Assembly: GCA_964658305.1 (NCBI GenBank)
Contig: OZ210885.1
Coordinates: 12,710,001 to 12,774,000, forward strand
Origin: Leptogorgia sarmentosa
Lineage: Eukaryota
Direction: 5' to 3'
DNA length: 64,000 nucleotides
The notes beneath the pieces were generated by a model. The model saw nothing but the letters and a program-made list of their open reading frames with translations, did not search any database and was not told the origin of the DNA. Position numbers and translations under genes: made by a program. Shown in pieces: positions 48,635 through 61,549 of this stretch. Positions within the stretch are counted from its first letter, which is position 1; each line of letters begins with the position of its first letter.

Positions 48635-50769
48635 CTCAGAAACTAATTAAAACCTTGAGCAGAACGTGTAGAACACAACGTGAAATGAAGTTGTGGACGT
48701 ACGGAATTTTCCCGTAGTTTTACTTCCAAAAGTTGCAAAATTAGTTCTATATTGAATACTGTAACTTTGTTACTTTTTGCAGTACACTGGAAAATACCGC
48801 ACGCGTTCGCACGCGTATTTAAATTATTCAATTAGCCATTTTTCTGAATCGAGCAGAAGACTGGGCCTAACTACTTGCTTTGGCAATACGAAATTTGCCG
48901 ATAAAGCTTTTTCGAACTTCCTGAAGTTCTTTGTATTTAGCTCGTTCACTATTACTTGTTGTGCATGTCATATTCTCTTATCTCTAGTCGTTCTGCATAT
49001 ATATGATTACATGTTTTGATTGTAAGGTGTCTATTTTTGCACAATAAGTTTTAAAATTGAACGAAAACAAACGTATAGAACGTCTACAGCGCTCGCAGTT
49101 TATTTAACGCCCAGGCTTATAACTGCTCAATCTTTACCGCGAGGTAATAGTTAATTCAATTCAAACGACTATAAAAATAGTCGTTTGAATTGAATAAATT
49201 AAATTTCAGCGTTTTATCCCCATTTCAGCGTTTTATCCCCATTTCAGTGTTTTATCCCTATTTCAGCGTTTTATCCCCATTTCAGCGTTTTATCCCCATT
49301 TCTGTGTTTTATCCCCATTTCAGTGTTTTATCCCCATTTCAGCATTTTATCCCCATTTCAGTTTCCGCTTTCAGTTTCCGTTTCCGCGTTTCAGTTTCAG
49401 CGTTTTATCCCTACCCAAACGGAATTTCTTGTACTGAACCATGTTATTTTGTTTCGTATCATTTTCACTTTCAAATCTTTCAAACAGCGTTACTCACGCT
49501 ACGATAAGTTCACGTCGTTGGCTAATCAATTAAGCAGCAGGAATTCAAGAATTAGAACTGAATTGAAAAAGTGAAAAATTTAGAAATTCTAGATGCTTGT
49601 AGCAGACCAGTAGTTGCTAGTATACACAAACTACAAAACAAAAATATATAGGGAAACGTCTGCATAATAGGACTAATATCTACAGAGCTATAGCTGCCAA
49701 AGTATTTCTTACTTTGAAACGGTGCGTCGCAGTATATGTTTGAAAACGCATATGTACTTGTATGTATAATATGGCGATTTTTCTAATTACTGTTTATTCT
49801 TTTCAAAACGTGTTTAGCCGCATTTAAATAAGCATGAATATTATATAGCTATTGTCAGACACGCTATAATTGTCTGCCATACATACGTTGATGATTGTAA
49901 ACGCAAAGTCGTAAACAAGCAAGCCATACGCTATCTGCTGTTATAAGTTATCACTCATCGCTCAATGACAAGCGCGCTGCGTTTTAAGCCGTTTAAAATT
50001 GGCTATTTGACGAACCGCCAGAATTCAAAGTTATTCATGACATGAAGAAAAGAATTATCAGTATAACTAGCTTTTTAATATAAAAATTTAGCCTAACCAT
50101 CGCTACGTTCGTTATAGTGACAATAACAAACAAGCAAAGTACTTGAATCTTTAAGCCAGGCATCCCTCGAGGCATATATCCTTTTGCTGTTCCGTTCGAA
50201 GCCCAACAAAAAAACTCCTGTGAACACACGCCTTGTAGTCTGTCTTTGTCGACTGTGTTTAGTAACGCCTCGAGTCAAATCGGACTTGATAATTTTTCAC
50301 TTGCCCTTATTATTCCCTTGTGTTGTACCAACGACTACGTCTCTTTGTTTACTATTACAGGCGCGGTTCTAGGATTTTTGAGCGCAGAGCGTTCTCACGA
50401 CGAATTTTCAAAATTCCTCAGCGTGAGCTCCGGAATTCCTCAGATATTCCCAAAATTCCTTAAATGACTTGTTTATCCTTGCAACTACCCCCAAAGTACC
50501 CTGCAATCCCGTTCTTTTGCCTCTTGTTTTAAAAACAAGACTAAAATAGTTTCAAAATCGTTAATAAACACAATTTGTGAGGTAACTGAGCTTACTAAAG
50601 TATATACAAGATAAAATGGGATTGAATGAGCGACTTATCATCTCCTGAGCCGGACCGGAAGCCCACATTCGCGCTGTTTATCAGAAACTATAATTATGTA
50701 AATTAACTATAATCACCATTTTTTAAATTTTACTGTTCGCTGTGACATGTGTTTCAAAGCAAACACGGG

Positions 50770-50933
50770 ATTGATTTATCACAGATCCTCAAGTCGATGG
50801 GATTGTGATAATTGTGGTATGGCTTTCCATCCTTCGCCAAACAAATATCCAAACGATTGACATTGTCGAATGTGTAATTTTGACTTGTGTGATATCTGTT
50901 TGAGGATCACGGATCCCAAACGTAAAATTGAAG
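50770..50933 (+). pseudogene. ZZ-type zinc-finger exon with nonsense codon
   Basis: RWDCDNCG..PND*HCRMCNFDLCDICL followed by GTATG donor. Confidence 0.6.
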
Positions 50934-51036
50934 GTATGAAACCCCACTTGCATCTCTGTGGGTTATTCCATTTTTTAATCTACAGGTGTATATATTTCCA
51001 TCGTACTCGCTCTATTTCTATCATACTCGTACCCAA

Positions 51037-52203
51037 ATTTTAGACCATTTTGTCATCAGGAATAGCGATATGTTTTATTCCTGAGGGAGGGGAGTGCGGT
51101 CTGCGCGAGGATATACCCCACAAGCCCACCAGAAACTTTACGTAAGTTAATTCGAAAGCTGGGGTGACTCCCTAAATCTTAATTATTTAGCAACCGCACA
51201 CCATATACAGTACGTACACCTTATAAAATTCAACAAATTTGACCTAAATTATTATTATCAGCAAGCCTTAGCGATTAAGCTTTGAGTGACTGATGTGACT
51301 AACATCCCTATTTCATATTTTATTTTACATGTCTTGGAAGAAGAATTGCGTTGCAAGTTGCAAGAAAAATTGCACCGTGTAACAGAGCCTTAAGAATAGG
51401 GAAAAATTAATTTTGTTTTTTTTCGTGCCGCGTTTCCACATTCGTCATAACAATGGCGTCAGCGAATCAATATGGTTCTCGTCGTCATAGTGATATGGTG
51501 CAAACGCGTCCAAATTTTCGTTCATATTGACTCTTTGACGTCATTTTATGAATGTGAAAAATCAATATTTGGTTAGCTATTCAGATGATATGACAAATTC
51601 ACGGTTTGCTCTTAGCCAATCAGGGAATTCGGGATGATTCGGCGTAATATTTTCCGAAGTGATGATATTTTCCGAGGGGCTCTGCCCCTGCATAACTGGA
51701 TTTTCTACATATATATATATAGTACACACAGTAATTAATCTTCCGTAGTTCAAATAGAGTGCTCAATAACAAAATTAATTGAAAGAGCAAAATATAATTT
51801 CTAAAATATTTTCTGTTTCGTCAGACAAATTATACACAATGCCTCATGCATCTTTAACCGGATCTGAACTATTTACGTCAACCAAATACTCCTGCGAATG
51901 ACATGGGACTAGTGAAATAAAATATGAAATAGGGATGTTAGTCACATCAGTCACTCAAAGCTTAATCGCTAAGGCTTGCTGATAATAATAATTTAGGTCA
52001 AATTTGTTGAATTTTATAAGGTGTACGTACTGTATATGGTGTGCGGTTGCTAAATAATTAAGATTTAGGGAGTCACCCCAGCTTTCGAATTAACTTACGT
52101 AAAGTTTCTGGTGGGCTTGTGGGGTATATCCTCGCGCAGACCGCACTCCCCTCCCTCAGGAATATAACATATCGCTATTCCTGATGACAAAATGGTCTAA
52201 AAT
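51037..52203. mobile_element. Non-autonomous TIR element, ~290-bp near-perfect inverted repeats
   Basis: 51037-~51325 is the reverse complement of ~51915-52203 (ATTTTAGACCATTTTGTCATCAGG..). Confidence 0.8.
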
Positions 52204-52344
52204 CTTATCTTCCACTCTCCCGGGAAAGTTCCATATTCTAGCCTTTTCTCCTATTTTGTGTCATGTATTATTATGAATATTATGAATATATATATATATT
52301 ATATATATATATATACTATATATATAGATAGATATTTTATTCAA

Positions 52345-52798
52345 AAATTTAACAACTAAGTCGTTACACAGTGTTTCATGCTAGGCAACCATCAGACGAC
52401 TGGTTACATTCAATTATTCGTCTATTTTTATAGTCTACCCAGTTGTTGTTATTCTGGCGACTATTGTTCTTAATTGCTTTTTAATTGAGTTCCACATCAG
52501 AAAAGCTCCAAAACATGCAACCTTTGCCTTTCAGAAAAGTTCCACGTCATCTTCCACAGCAATGAGAACTTGCTAAACAAAAGAAGTGAAATTCTTTCGA
52601 CATGTCGTCACAAAAACAAGTTCCTCCTTACCAACTTCAAAGAGACGCAACCGGATAATTAAAAAGCAATTAAGAACAATAGTTGCCAGAATAACAACAA
52701 CTGGGTAGACTATAAAAATAGACGAATAATTGAATGTAACCAGTCGTCTGATGATTGCCTAGCATGAAACACTGTGTAACGACTTAGTTGTTAAATTT
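52345..52798 (+). mobile_element. 5'-truncated Penelope-like (Neptune/Nematis-type) retroelement with inverted pLTR
   Basis: ~143-bp inverted repeats 52345-52487 / 52657-52798 flank KTCNLCLSEKFHVIFHSNENLLNKRSEILSTCRHKNKFLL (PLE GIY-YIG C-terminus). Confidence 0.8.
52742..52784 (+). ncRNA. Minimal hammerhead ribozyme in pLTR
   Basis: Stem I AGTCGT/ACGACT, CTGATGA, TGC-CTA-GCA stem II, GAAAC-ACTGT-GTA. Mirror copy 52359-52401 (minus) has core mutation CTGATGG. Confidence 0.72.
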
Positions 52799-54675
52799 GA
52801 TAATAAATGTTCCGTTGTTTTGAGAGCGTTAGAGCAGTAACAAGTTCTGTGGATCTGTAAAGACGTGTTACACGATGGAATTTTTCTTGTAACTTGCATC
52901 ACAATTCTACTGTTAAGAGATGTGAGGGGGTCTGCCCCTGCATAACTGGATTTTCTGCAGGTTGCGTGATTGAGCGATTTAACTGTAAGCTTACCAACTA
53001 CAATGTATAATAAATCCAGTTATTAAGCCTTTGTAATAATTCAACATATCCTACTCGACCTCATTCAATAATTGTTTATTATTTGTACTGAAATTATGAA
53101 TGTTATTTGGCCAAGAGCAGTGTTAAAACAGAAAAAGTTACTGACCTTTTGTGGAATGCTGATTCAGTATAATTGTTTCGAGTGCAAATAATCTCTTATT
53201 TTTACATTTTGCTTTAAGGTAAGTTTGCTTTGAATTATTCTATAACAAGTTTCATGCTAATTTTCGACAAATGCATGTTAAATTAAATAATCTTGATCGA
53301 CTAGGCTTCCCACTCGCAAAATATAACAAATACTGTCAAATAGGTCGTTTTATTTTTATTATGCTACAATGTATCATTTTAATTAATATCCTTATGATTA
53401 TATAATATATATTTACATTACACGTCTTTTCAGCTCATCATTTATTACTAGCATAATTATGAAATATGATTGGATGCTGATTGGCTGAGAAGAGCACCAT
53501 AATTAATAATGTTTGAAGTGCTATACACGTCGGTGTCTAAATGAAATGTGGGAAACATGATGCATGTGGGCGTCAATTCAACTGTATCTACACCTATGGA
53601 AAAACCGTGTGACGTAAGCACTCCAAAAGTCGAAATTGTACTGCTGTACAGCTGATGATTTTCTGAAAGGAAACAGAATTTCGAAACTATGAATGCAATT
53701 GGCCCAGAGGAATTCCTCAAAGTTTGTTTGGAATAGGCTTTAGCGACAGAATATTACATATTGACAATAACAATTACTATTCCATGCTAATAATGCATGA
53801 GTTATTGCGCACAATAGACTACCGATTATTCACATTTTACCCAATAGCCTCGTTTTCATGCTGGATATTTACTCGTATTTCGCGCACAATATGGTCAAAA
53901 TTAAGTAAGCTTATTTTTGAGTTTAAGCTCAACAAACAAAATCATTCGGAAAAAGTCGGAAAATAACCTTCATGTTAGCTTATCGACATTATCAGCAAAA
54001 CGAGGCCATTGGGTAAACGAGAATAAGCGGTAGAGTTTATTGTCAATTAATAGCACTTGCGAGGTTTGTGAATTTCGCACTGTTGTATTACTTCTAATAC
54101 AGTGTTTTTGAAAAAACGGAACAATTATGAAAAAATTAAAGCGGTTTTCAATGTTTAAATTTTTTTCATTTGTTTTTCGTCCCCATGTTCCTCACGCAAT
54201 CCTTAATGTTCTTCCATTGAAATGTTGTCTTTCTCTCTGTTTGTCCACGCCTGCGTCTTAAATGTTCTTCTTTTTGGCACTATAATAAAAGAAACAAATA
54301 ATACATTATAAGTTCGACATTTCAAACTATAATGTGACTTAAGGCCTTCTTTCGTTGCCTGCAGAATCATGTCAATGGTCGCAGCATGCTTCCGCGAAGC
54401 CACTTGCTTTAAGGTAGGGCAACACACAAGAAAAAAATCATTTTAACACGAATGGCACGTTCTTAATTAATCTAATTAGTGTAATCTCCTGTCAGTTGGC
54501 GGGTTTCATTGATCATTCGCCGCCGTTTTTTATATCAAATTGGTTGGGGATGAGCAATCCAATGAGCGAACATGTAACTCGCACGGTTTTTGAGCCTTGC
54601 TAGCCAATCATCGAATATCATGGAATTATTGAGTTTTTGTTTAGAAATCAGTTTTTATTCAATTACCGTTGGTAG

Positions 54676-55678
54676 CAGGCCCGTAGCTGAGGGGGGGCCT
54701 GGGGGGGCAGTGCCCCCCCACTCGAAAAGAAAATTGAAATTGTGCCCCCCTATGCCACAATCTTTTTGCCGTTTAAAAATTAGACAGCGAGGCTGTCCAT
54801 GAAAGAATAGTAATCGAAGGCGTAGCCTAATTATTTTGGTGTAATAGCCATATTAAATAGCCACAAATAGTGCGGTATTTTATAGTTTGTGTGACGTTTG
54901 AATATCTGAATATCAACAGAAATATAAATACACTTATATGTAGCTTTTGCTTTTTTGGTTTAAGTTAAGCTCACTTATGACAGTAAAGCCAATGAACTTT
55001 GTATGATAATACTTTGATAATACTTTGATAATACTGTAATATACCCTTTATTTTCATTTTGAAATTTGAATGGGTGTGAAACATGACATACGACACTAAC
55101 TAAACTAGCTGCGAGCACAAAGGTCAAAACAGTGCCGGATTAACCCTATGGCAGAAAGGGCGTCCGTCCACGGGCCCCACGCCAATTTTTTCCGGCGCTT
55201 GGGTAGACAAAAACGGGCCCAAAAAACTGGCAACTCCACAAAAGTAAAACAACATTACTCCGAAGAGCGAGGCCCCATAGATCAGACCAAATAAAAAAAA
55301 AGCGAGGCCTTGCAAATCAAAAGGCGAGGCCCAATTCGCCCAAAAGTCAGAATGGCACCTTTCTGGCTTAAAATGAAATGGCCGTTTCCGGCGATCTAGA
55401 GGCTCTAAATTCTCAAAATTTTCTCGCTCGACGCCAATCATGGTGGCGTCTCGTGACTCCCCCCCCTTCCAAGAATTACAAACCGTTCCTACGACCCTGA
55501 AATTGCGGTAATGCTGTGATATGCCCCGACAAATATAATTCAAAAAATATGTGTGAGGGGCCCCGCGCTGAACATCTGCCACAGGCCCCGCGCGATGTTA
55601 ATGTCAAAGGCGTACCAATGTTTTTAAAAATTTTTTCTGCAGTGCCCCCCCAGAAATTAAGAGCCGGCTACGGGCCTG
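54676..55678. mobile_element. hAT non-autonomous element containing a nested hAT-like MITE (~55130-55602)
   Basis: CAGGCCCGTAGC..GCTACGGGCCTG with 8-bp TSD GTTGGTAG (54668-54675 / 55679-55686). Confidence 0.85.
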
Positions 55679-56525
55679 GTTGGTAGCAGTCACAGTTTTG
55701 TGCGCTGAGGTGGTTCCTGAAGGGAGATCATCCATCATTCCTGAACAGTAATAAACATTTGCATGTTACTATCTTAAAGGTAATGTTAACACATGAAACC
55801 TTCAGAATTTCCAATTATGCCAGCTATTTTCAGTCCTGCTAAAAATTATATCTTATCTTCCACTCTCCCGGGAAAGTTCCATATTCTAGCCTTTTCTCCC
55901 ATTTTGTGTCATATATTATTATGAATATTATGAATATTATGAATATTTCAAGTATATGAAAATAGCAAAACATAAACTTGCACAGGGCAGTTTGCTGGTA
56001 AGCTGGCACCTTATCGAAGATTTAGTTGTTTGCAAACTGAACCTGTTACCTTGGCTGGAAGTAGAAGGCTCGTTGCTTAAGTTCCCAGTCCGTCCTTCTT
56101 GATCACTCACTAAATTTAAAAGTTATCAACATTAACAATTGCAAATTTTAATTAAGTTAAAATGTTAAAGATAAAGCTATGATCTTAGCTGTGTGATCGG
56201 AAGCCAAGCGCGAGATTTCGACTGCTGTGTATTTTTGTCCGAAACAAGTTTGCACACAAGGAAAACTTAAAATTCTTTCAACTGTCGCCAAAACGATAAT
56301 CCGATTTCCTGGATTACCAACACCAGGAATTCTGTTGTATCTTATTGTCTATATAACAAATAGACTAAAAGAACAATGTTTAGTTGTACTTACTAAAGGA
56401 TTCTTCCTTATTGGTACCATCGAATTCTAAAAAAGAATAAAAATTGTTCTGCAAAAATAATAATTTTTACGTCGTCTTATCTCGAAATCAAAACTAGGGA
56501 TCCAAGGATAGTGCTAAGTTTCTAA

Positions 56526-56656
56526 GGCCCGTTTCATACGTCGAATTTTGGTCGCATCGAATGCAATTCAAACAATGGATAATGAAGTTAGTCATCTCAT
56601 TATTCATTGTTTGAATTGCATTCCATGCGTCCAAAATTCCACGTTTGAAACGGGCC
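56526..56656. mobile_element. PIF/Harbinger MITE
   Basis: TAA|GGCCCGTTTCA..TGAAACGGGCC|TAA, almost fully palindromic. Confidence 0.8.
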
Positions 56657-58004
56657 TAAGAGGACATTAAAATCATATTTTGAAAATAATCACTATTTTA
56701 TTGTCAGAAAGCAACTGCCATCACAGCAGCGCGCGTGTTAAAAGCAAATCAGATAAATCTCTGACCTCTGACCTTTTTAAAATACATACACATCGTACAG
56801 ATACTTCTGCGTCGTAATAAAATATCCAGTTTATTGACAGTATCAGGCCAACGTTAAATTTACTTTTGTATGCCTGTATATGGTTTAGTTCCTTTAGTAT
56901 CGAAAATTCTGTAAATCCCCGGTAGAAACAAACAACCGCGGGGCCGGAAGACGGGAAGAGTCGAAGACGGCGAAAACAAACACGAAAGCTATAAATGCGA
57001 AAGCTCGCAAATATGTTGGCTATGACAACCATATTAACTAAATGCGATACAAAATTATGGCTATCTTGTTATGGCGAGTCCTACTGTGCTACACATCTGA
57101 GTTTGCCCGCTATTTGCGAATTGCGATGGCAATGTCGGCCAACTAAATGTTTTAATATAATACGCACGGCGGCAGTTAACAGTAGCTATTTTAAATTGTG
57201 CATGACGAGCCAAATACAAGTTTTCTACTAATAATGATAATAAATTCAAATCTCTAGATTCATTGCTGATATATAAAGAACATTTTAACTGCTTTATCAA
57301 CGTATTCAGACATGTTGGCCACATTATATTATTATCATAGTGAATTACTGATTCACGGTCCCACTCTTAGCGTCCGCCATATTGTGTAATTTCATTCCCC
57401 AGAATTGTGCTGACTTGCAATTTTTGCAAAAACTTAAATTCCGGAGGGGCTTCCGCCATTGTGTACTGTATAATGTGGGCTTCTTTGATCACATTTCTCA
57501 TTTAACTAACTTTCGTATCGATGAGAACAACTGCAAATAATGATAAGCAATGATATATAACTGCAATCGAATCATTTTTGTTCAAACATTGCAAGGATAT
57601 CACTCATATCAGTCAACTACGGAGTTTCGCATATCAGAAGAATTTGGGACGCTCCCCCCGGAGTTTACACTATGAATGAATCGCTGAATAGCTGAATCGC
57701 TGATGTGAATTTTCGCCCCTCATCACAATACTGCAAAGTTAAACTTTGCACTAAAAACGTTTTAGAGAAAAAGTTTTATTCATTAGCAAAACTTAGTTCT
57801 GGGTAAGGGGGTTTCAATTGTTTGCTCAGTCACTTTGGAGTAATTTCCATGCTATATCTCTATCCTTTCATATGCACAAGGACTTTGAAAATACCGTCCA
57901 GTTTATTGTTTGTTTATATACGGCATCTATTTTCAATACAAATAATTTAGTTCATGAATACTGTAAAAACTCAACCATTTCCTTTATTTCATAGTAGCTA
58001 CTAA

Positions 58005-59003
58005 TTAACAATTATACAACGAGACCGAGTTGTCTGATTGTTTTCGTATACACTCTAAGCCCAGAATGATTTATATAAAGAAAACTTTTCAGAAACCTCA
58101 GCAAAACGCGAGTTTTCTGCAGTAGCCATATTGTTTTCCATTGCTTTTTCGCGAACCGTGGTGTATCACGCAAAAGACAACGACTGGTAGCCAATTAGAA
58201 TGTAGCATTTGTAATAGACGATGGTTGGGTGTATACTAATTAACAATTAGATTACGAGCTCGAGATTTCTATGAGGTGATAGTTGATGAGGGCGAAGCCC
58301 GAATCAACTATCATCTCGTAGAAATCGATAGCGAGTAATCTAATTGTTAATTAGTAGAATCATACTCGTATACTATTGCAAATGCTGCAATCTGATTAGC
58401 TACTCTACTCGCTATCTATTCCTCGATAGATAGCGAGTAGCAAAATATGTGAATTTTCTTTCAAGAAAATGTCTTCTGAGACTCGCTCTCGATTTCTACG
58501 AGATGATATTTGATTCGGGCTTCGCCCTCATCAACTATCACCTCATAGAAATCTCGAGCTCGTAATCTAATTGTTTTAGTAGAGTTAGAGATGAAACATG
58601 AAAATATTGCAAAAAATAATTTATAACCGCGTCTCAGAAGACATTTTCTTGAACAAAAATTCACATATTTTGCTACTCGCTATCTATCGAGGAATAGATA
58701 GCGAGTAGAGTAGCCAATCAAATTGCAGCATTTGCAATAGTATATACGAGTATGATTCTACTAATAAATTTTAGTATACACCCAACCATCGTCTATTACA
58801 AATGCTACATTCTGATTGGCTACTCGGCTAGCTATTCTGTGATAGACCACGGTTCGCGAAAAAGTAAAGGAAAACAATATGGCTACTGCAGAAAACTCGC
58901 GTTTTGCTAAGGTTTCTGAAAAATTTTCTTTATATAAATCATTTTGCGCATAGAGTGTATACTAAAACAATTAGACAACTCGGCTTCATTGTCTAATTGT
59001 TAA
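58005..59003. mobile_element. Cluster of four hairpin-ended non-autonomous elements (two families, each in both orientations)
   Basis: Family A: 58005-58239 (-) and 58771-59003 (+). Family B: 58241-58482 (+, permuted) and 58482-58764 (-). Confidence 0.7.
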
Positions 59004-59130
59004 ATAGACGTTGTACTAGAATAGCTAATTAAAAGAACGTTTTAGAACATATAACCAATGCCATGTTGCTACATTGATGTCATGGATTTATATGGTCCTT
59101 TAATAATATTAGATAGGAATTTATTCATAC

Positions 59131-61545
59131 CTTGCAACTTTATGTCTCTAAAATTCCGCCCCTTGAACTGGCCAGCCTTCCCTTCATCCACAGTTTCCAG
59201 AAGATTCCCAACGATTGCCATTTCGATAGTGCTCTCTTGTAGCCGGTAAAAATCTCTATGAATTTGGATGTCATGGCCAAGATGCCTGGCCAGCCATCCA
59301 ATTTCTGCTTCGTTCATGTCCACAATCTGCGAGACGGTGGCCACGTATTTCCTCAGCTTTGTCGAGGTAAGCTGCTCTGGATTCTTGAGTTCGACATGGC
59401 GAACAACATTTGCAATGGCTTGGCATCCTCTGATGTTATTCTTAGAATGGTCATTATTGACGGCGAAGACATATGGGTTATCCGGATGAACGCCAACTTC
59501 ATCACGAGTCTTAATTAATATTTCAATTGCTCTTTGTACCTCTGGGGTAATGATAATGGGAACCTTTCGGTTACGCTTCCCCAAGATTTCAACGAGATCA
59601 AACCTTGACAGAAAGCAATGTAAATTGGTTATGTTAACTGTAAATATCAATATTAGTCCTTCTCAAACGTAATACTTGCAAAACCAAAATGAAAAGGTCT
59701 TTGTACGTTTGCAATTTATCAAAATTAATGCTAATTTCATAGAACGATTCCACATTAACAAATTTTAGGTATTTTTCGCTCAAATATTCTCACGTCATAT
59801 TTCAAAATTTAATTTAGGCCTTTTGATACAACCCGAAATGATGTTCAAAAATATGAAATTCACAAAATTCAATAAATTTTAGCTCTTTTATGTAGCCGTA
59901 TTAACATGCTAGCCAATTATTGAAATGACAAATGGTTTATGAATTATTAATGATGTTTAAATAATAATCAACACTTGGTAGTTGTAAAGCAAAGAAATCT
60001 GAAAAAACGCTGGAAAGCTGATAAGCATGTGTCTTCAGTGAAGTTGTTAATTAAAGTCGTTGGTTTCAGTTTAAAAAAAGACCCAAATTTCAAGAGGTCC
60101 AAATTTTGATCAAAGACTCTCCTGTACCCATACAGTTTTGACTCCTTGCATCGCAATGAGAAACTGTTAGTATTTCTTCATTTTCAGTCCGAGGACGCAC
60201 GCACTCCTGAAGAGTTCATTTTCACATCATCGCTCGATTCTAACAGAGGCCAGGGTAAACAATTGATTACCTTTTAGAAAGTTCCTTTTCTTGTGGGGAC
60301 AAGGATGATTCAATTTCTTGATTTTGTGCCGATGCCCAATCAGGTCTGCTGTTGTAGACATCCACACGCAATCGTGAGGCCTCTCTTGATCGTCTTTTGT
60401 TGAAAATGATCATCCTTGTTAAGCACAACTCGGCCAAATTTCGCCATACCTCCTTATCCGAACATAACTCTAAACTTTTGGCTAACTCGCCGATCTTAAA
60501 AAAATCATAAAATAATATCTTTGTTAAACCTGGCGTTAAACATTAGAGACTAGAAATGGCAGCCTATTAGCCTATACATGTTATTTCCTGGCTTAGAAAT
60601 CCTGATAAAAACGCATTTGAGAACGAAACAATATTTTCCACCAAAGGATTAAACATACATACTCACGAAAATATGGGTATTTGCATAGTTTGTGACGAAA
60701 ATACCACAATGATTTAATAAATAATTATTAAATTATTATTATTAATAATTCTTAATTATTATTGAGGAAATAATTTAAACAACGTTTTATCGAGGTTTCT
60801 CATTGTCGAATGTCGAGACAAGCCCCAGCTGACTGACTGACTTAAGGGCTAATTCTCTAAGCATATTGCTTCCCTGACGAGTATTAAACGATTTCGCTAT
60901 CAATTAATTATCATTTATAGACCCGGAGCGAGGGGGATTCGGCGTAATATTTCCCGAAGTGATGATATTTTCCGAGGGGCTTTGCCCCGAGGAAAATATC
61001 ATTACTGAGGGAAATATTACGCCGAATCCCCCGAGCGGAGGGTCTATAAATGATATATTATACCGAACAAAACATTTTTGCATCATTGTTTTCAAGAAGT
61101 CTATTTATTTCTTCGTCCGAGTCTTGCTCGCCCGCCATTTTGCATAGCTAATTAGCTATGCTAGGCGCGTGCTGCCCACGCGTCACGCGTGAGCGTGGGA
61201 TACTATAATATCCCACGGTGGATCTGCCGTGGGATATTATAGTATCCCACGCTGGATTGCGAAATCATGAATTTGAGTGAAATACCGTAAGAAATCACAC
61301 TATCACGTGGTACAAATGCTGTTTTTTCATTGGACAAATTGAATTTGAGGTATAATATTGTTAAGTAGCTAACCTTATCCATCTGTTATTGTCGGAGTTT
61401 GACCAAGTCCTCAGTAAGGGGCAGTGTCTCTGGCTTGTTATGTTTCCTATAAGCCAGAGCATTCAGCGCATTACTGGATACCTTCTCCGACCATTCGCCG
61501 TCGTAGAGACTGAGGAAATCATCAACTTCTTTCTTGATGTTTCTT
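59131..61545 (-). pseudogene. Crypton-type (CryptonV-like) tyrosine recombinase, spliced and disabled
   Basis: Exons ~61373-61545 (EWSEKVSS..LPLTEDLVKLRQ*), 60271-60494 (IIFNKRRSREAS) and 59131-59603 (GKRNRKVP..TKLRKYVAT..LARHLGHDIQIHRDFYR). GT-AG junctions in frame. Confidence 0.82.
60909..61357 (-). mobile_element. Hairpin-ended non-autonomous element in Crypton intron
   Basis: ~147-bp palindrome 60909-61055 and short asymmetric IR TTATACC..GGTATAA. Second copy at 9596-9927, fragment at ~51630-51690. Confidence 0.75.
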
Positions 61546-61549
61546 AATA

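Larger units (their letters stand above)
42076..49416 (-). mobile_element. Complete Mutator (MULE/MuDR; Rehavkus/Phantom-like) transposon in intron 1 of the LDLR-like gene
   Basis: 9-bp TSD AAACGGAAT (42067-42075 / 49417-49425). Termini GGGTAGGGATAAAACGC..GCGTTTTATCCCTACCC. TIRs with 19-bp sub-repeats (6 left, 8 right). Confidence 0.92.
37387..50175 (-). pseudogene. LDL-receptor-family gene (LDLR/VLDLR architecture), apparently disabled
   Basis: Signal-peptide exon ~50098-50175; LDLa exons ~41695-41780, 41459-41588, 41083-41203, 40660-40778, 40204-40400; EGF exons 39835-39956 and 39632-39757; YWTD exons 39253-39487, 38988-39142, 38378-38780; EGF + Ser/Thr exon 38006-38269; TM exon ~37420-37647. 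Frameshift ~38430, nonsense 38119-38121. Confidence 0.8.

Noticed and set aside
49190..49574. ORFs with repeated FIPISVFYPHFSVLSPFQR
   Set aside because: Translation of the 19-bp sub-repeats of the MULE TIR.
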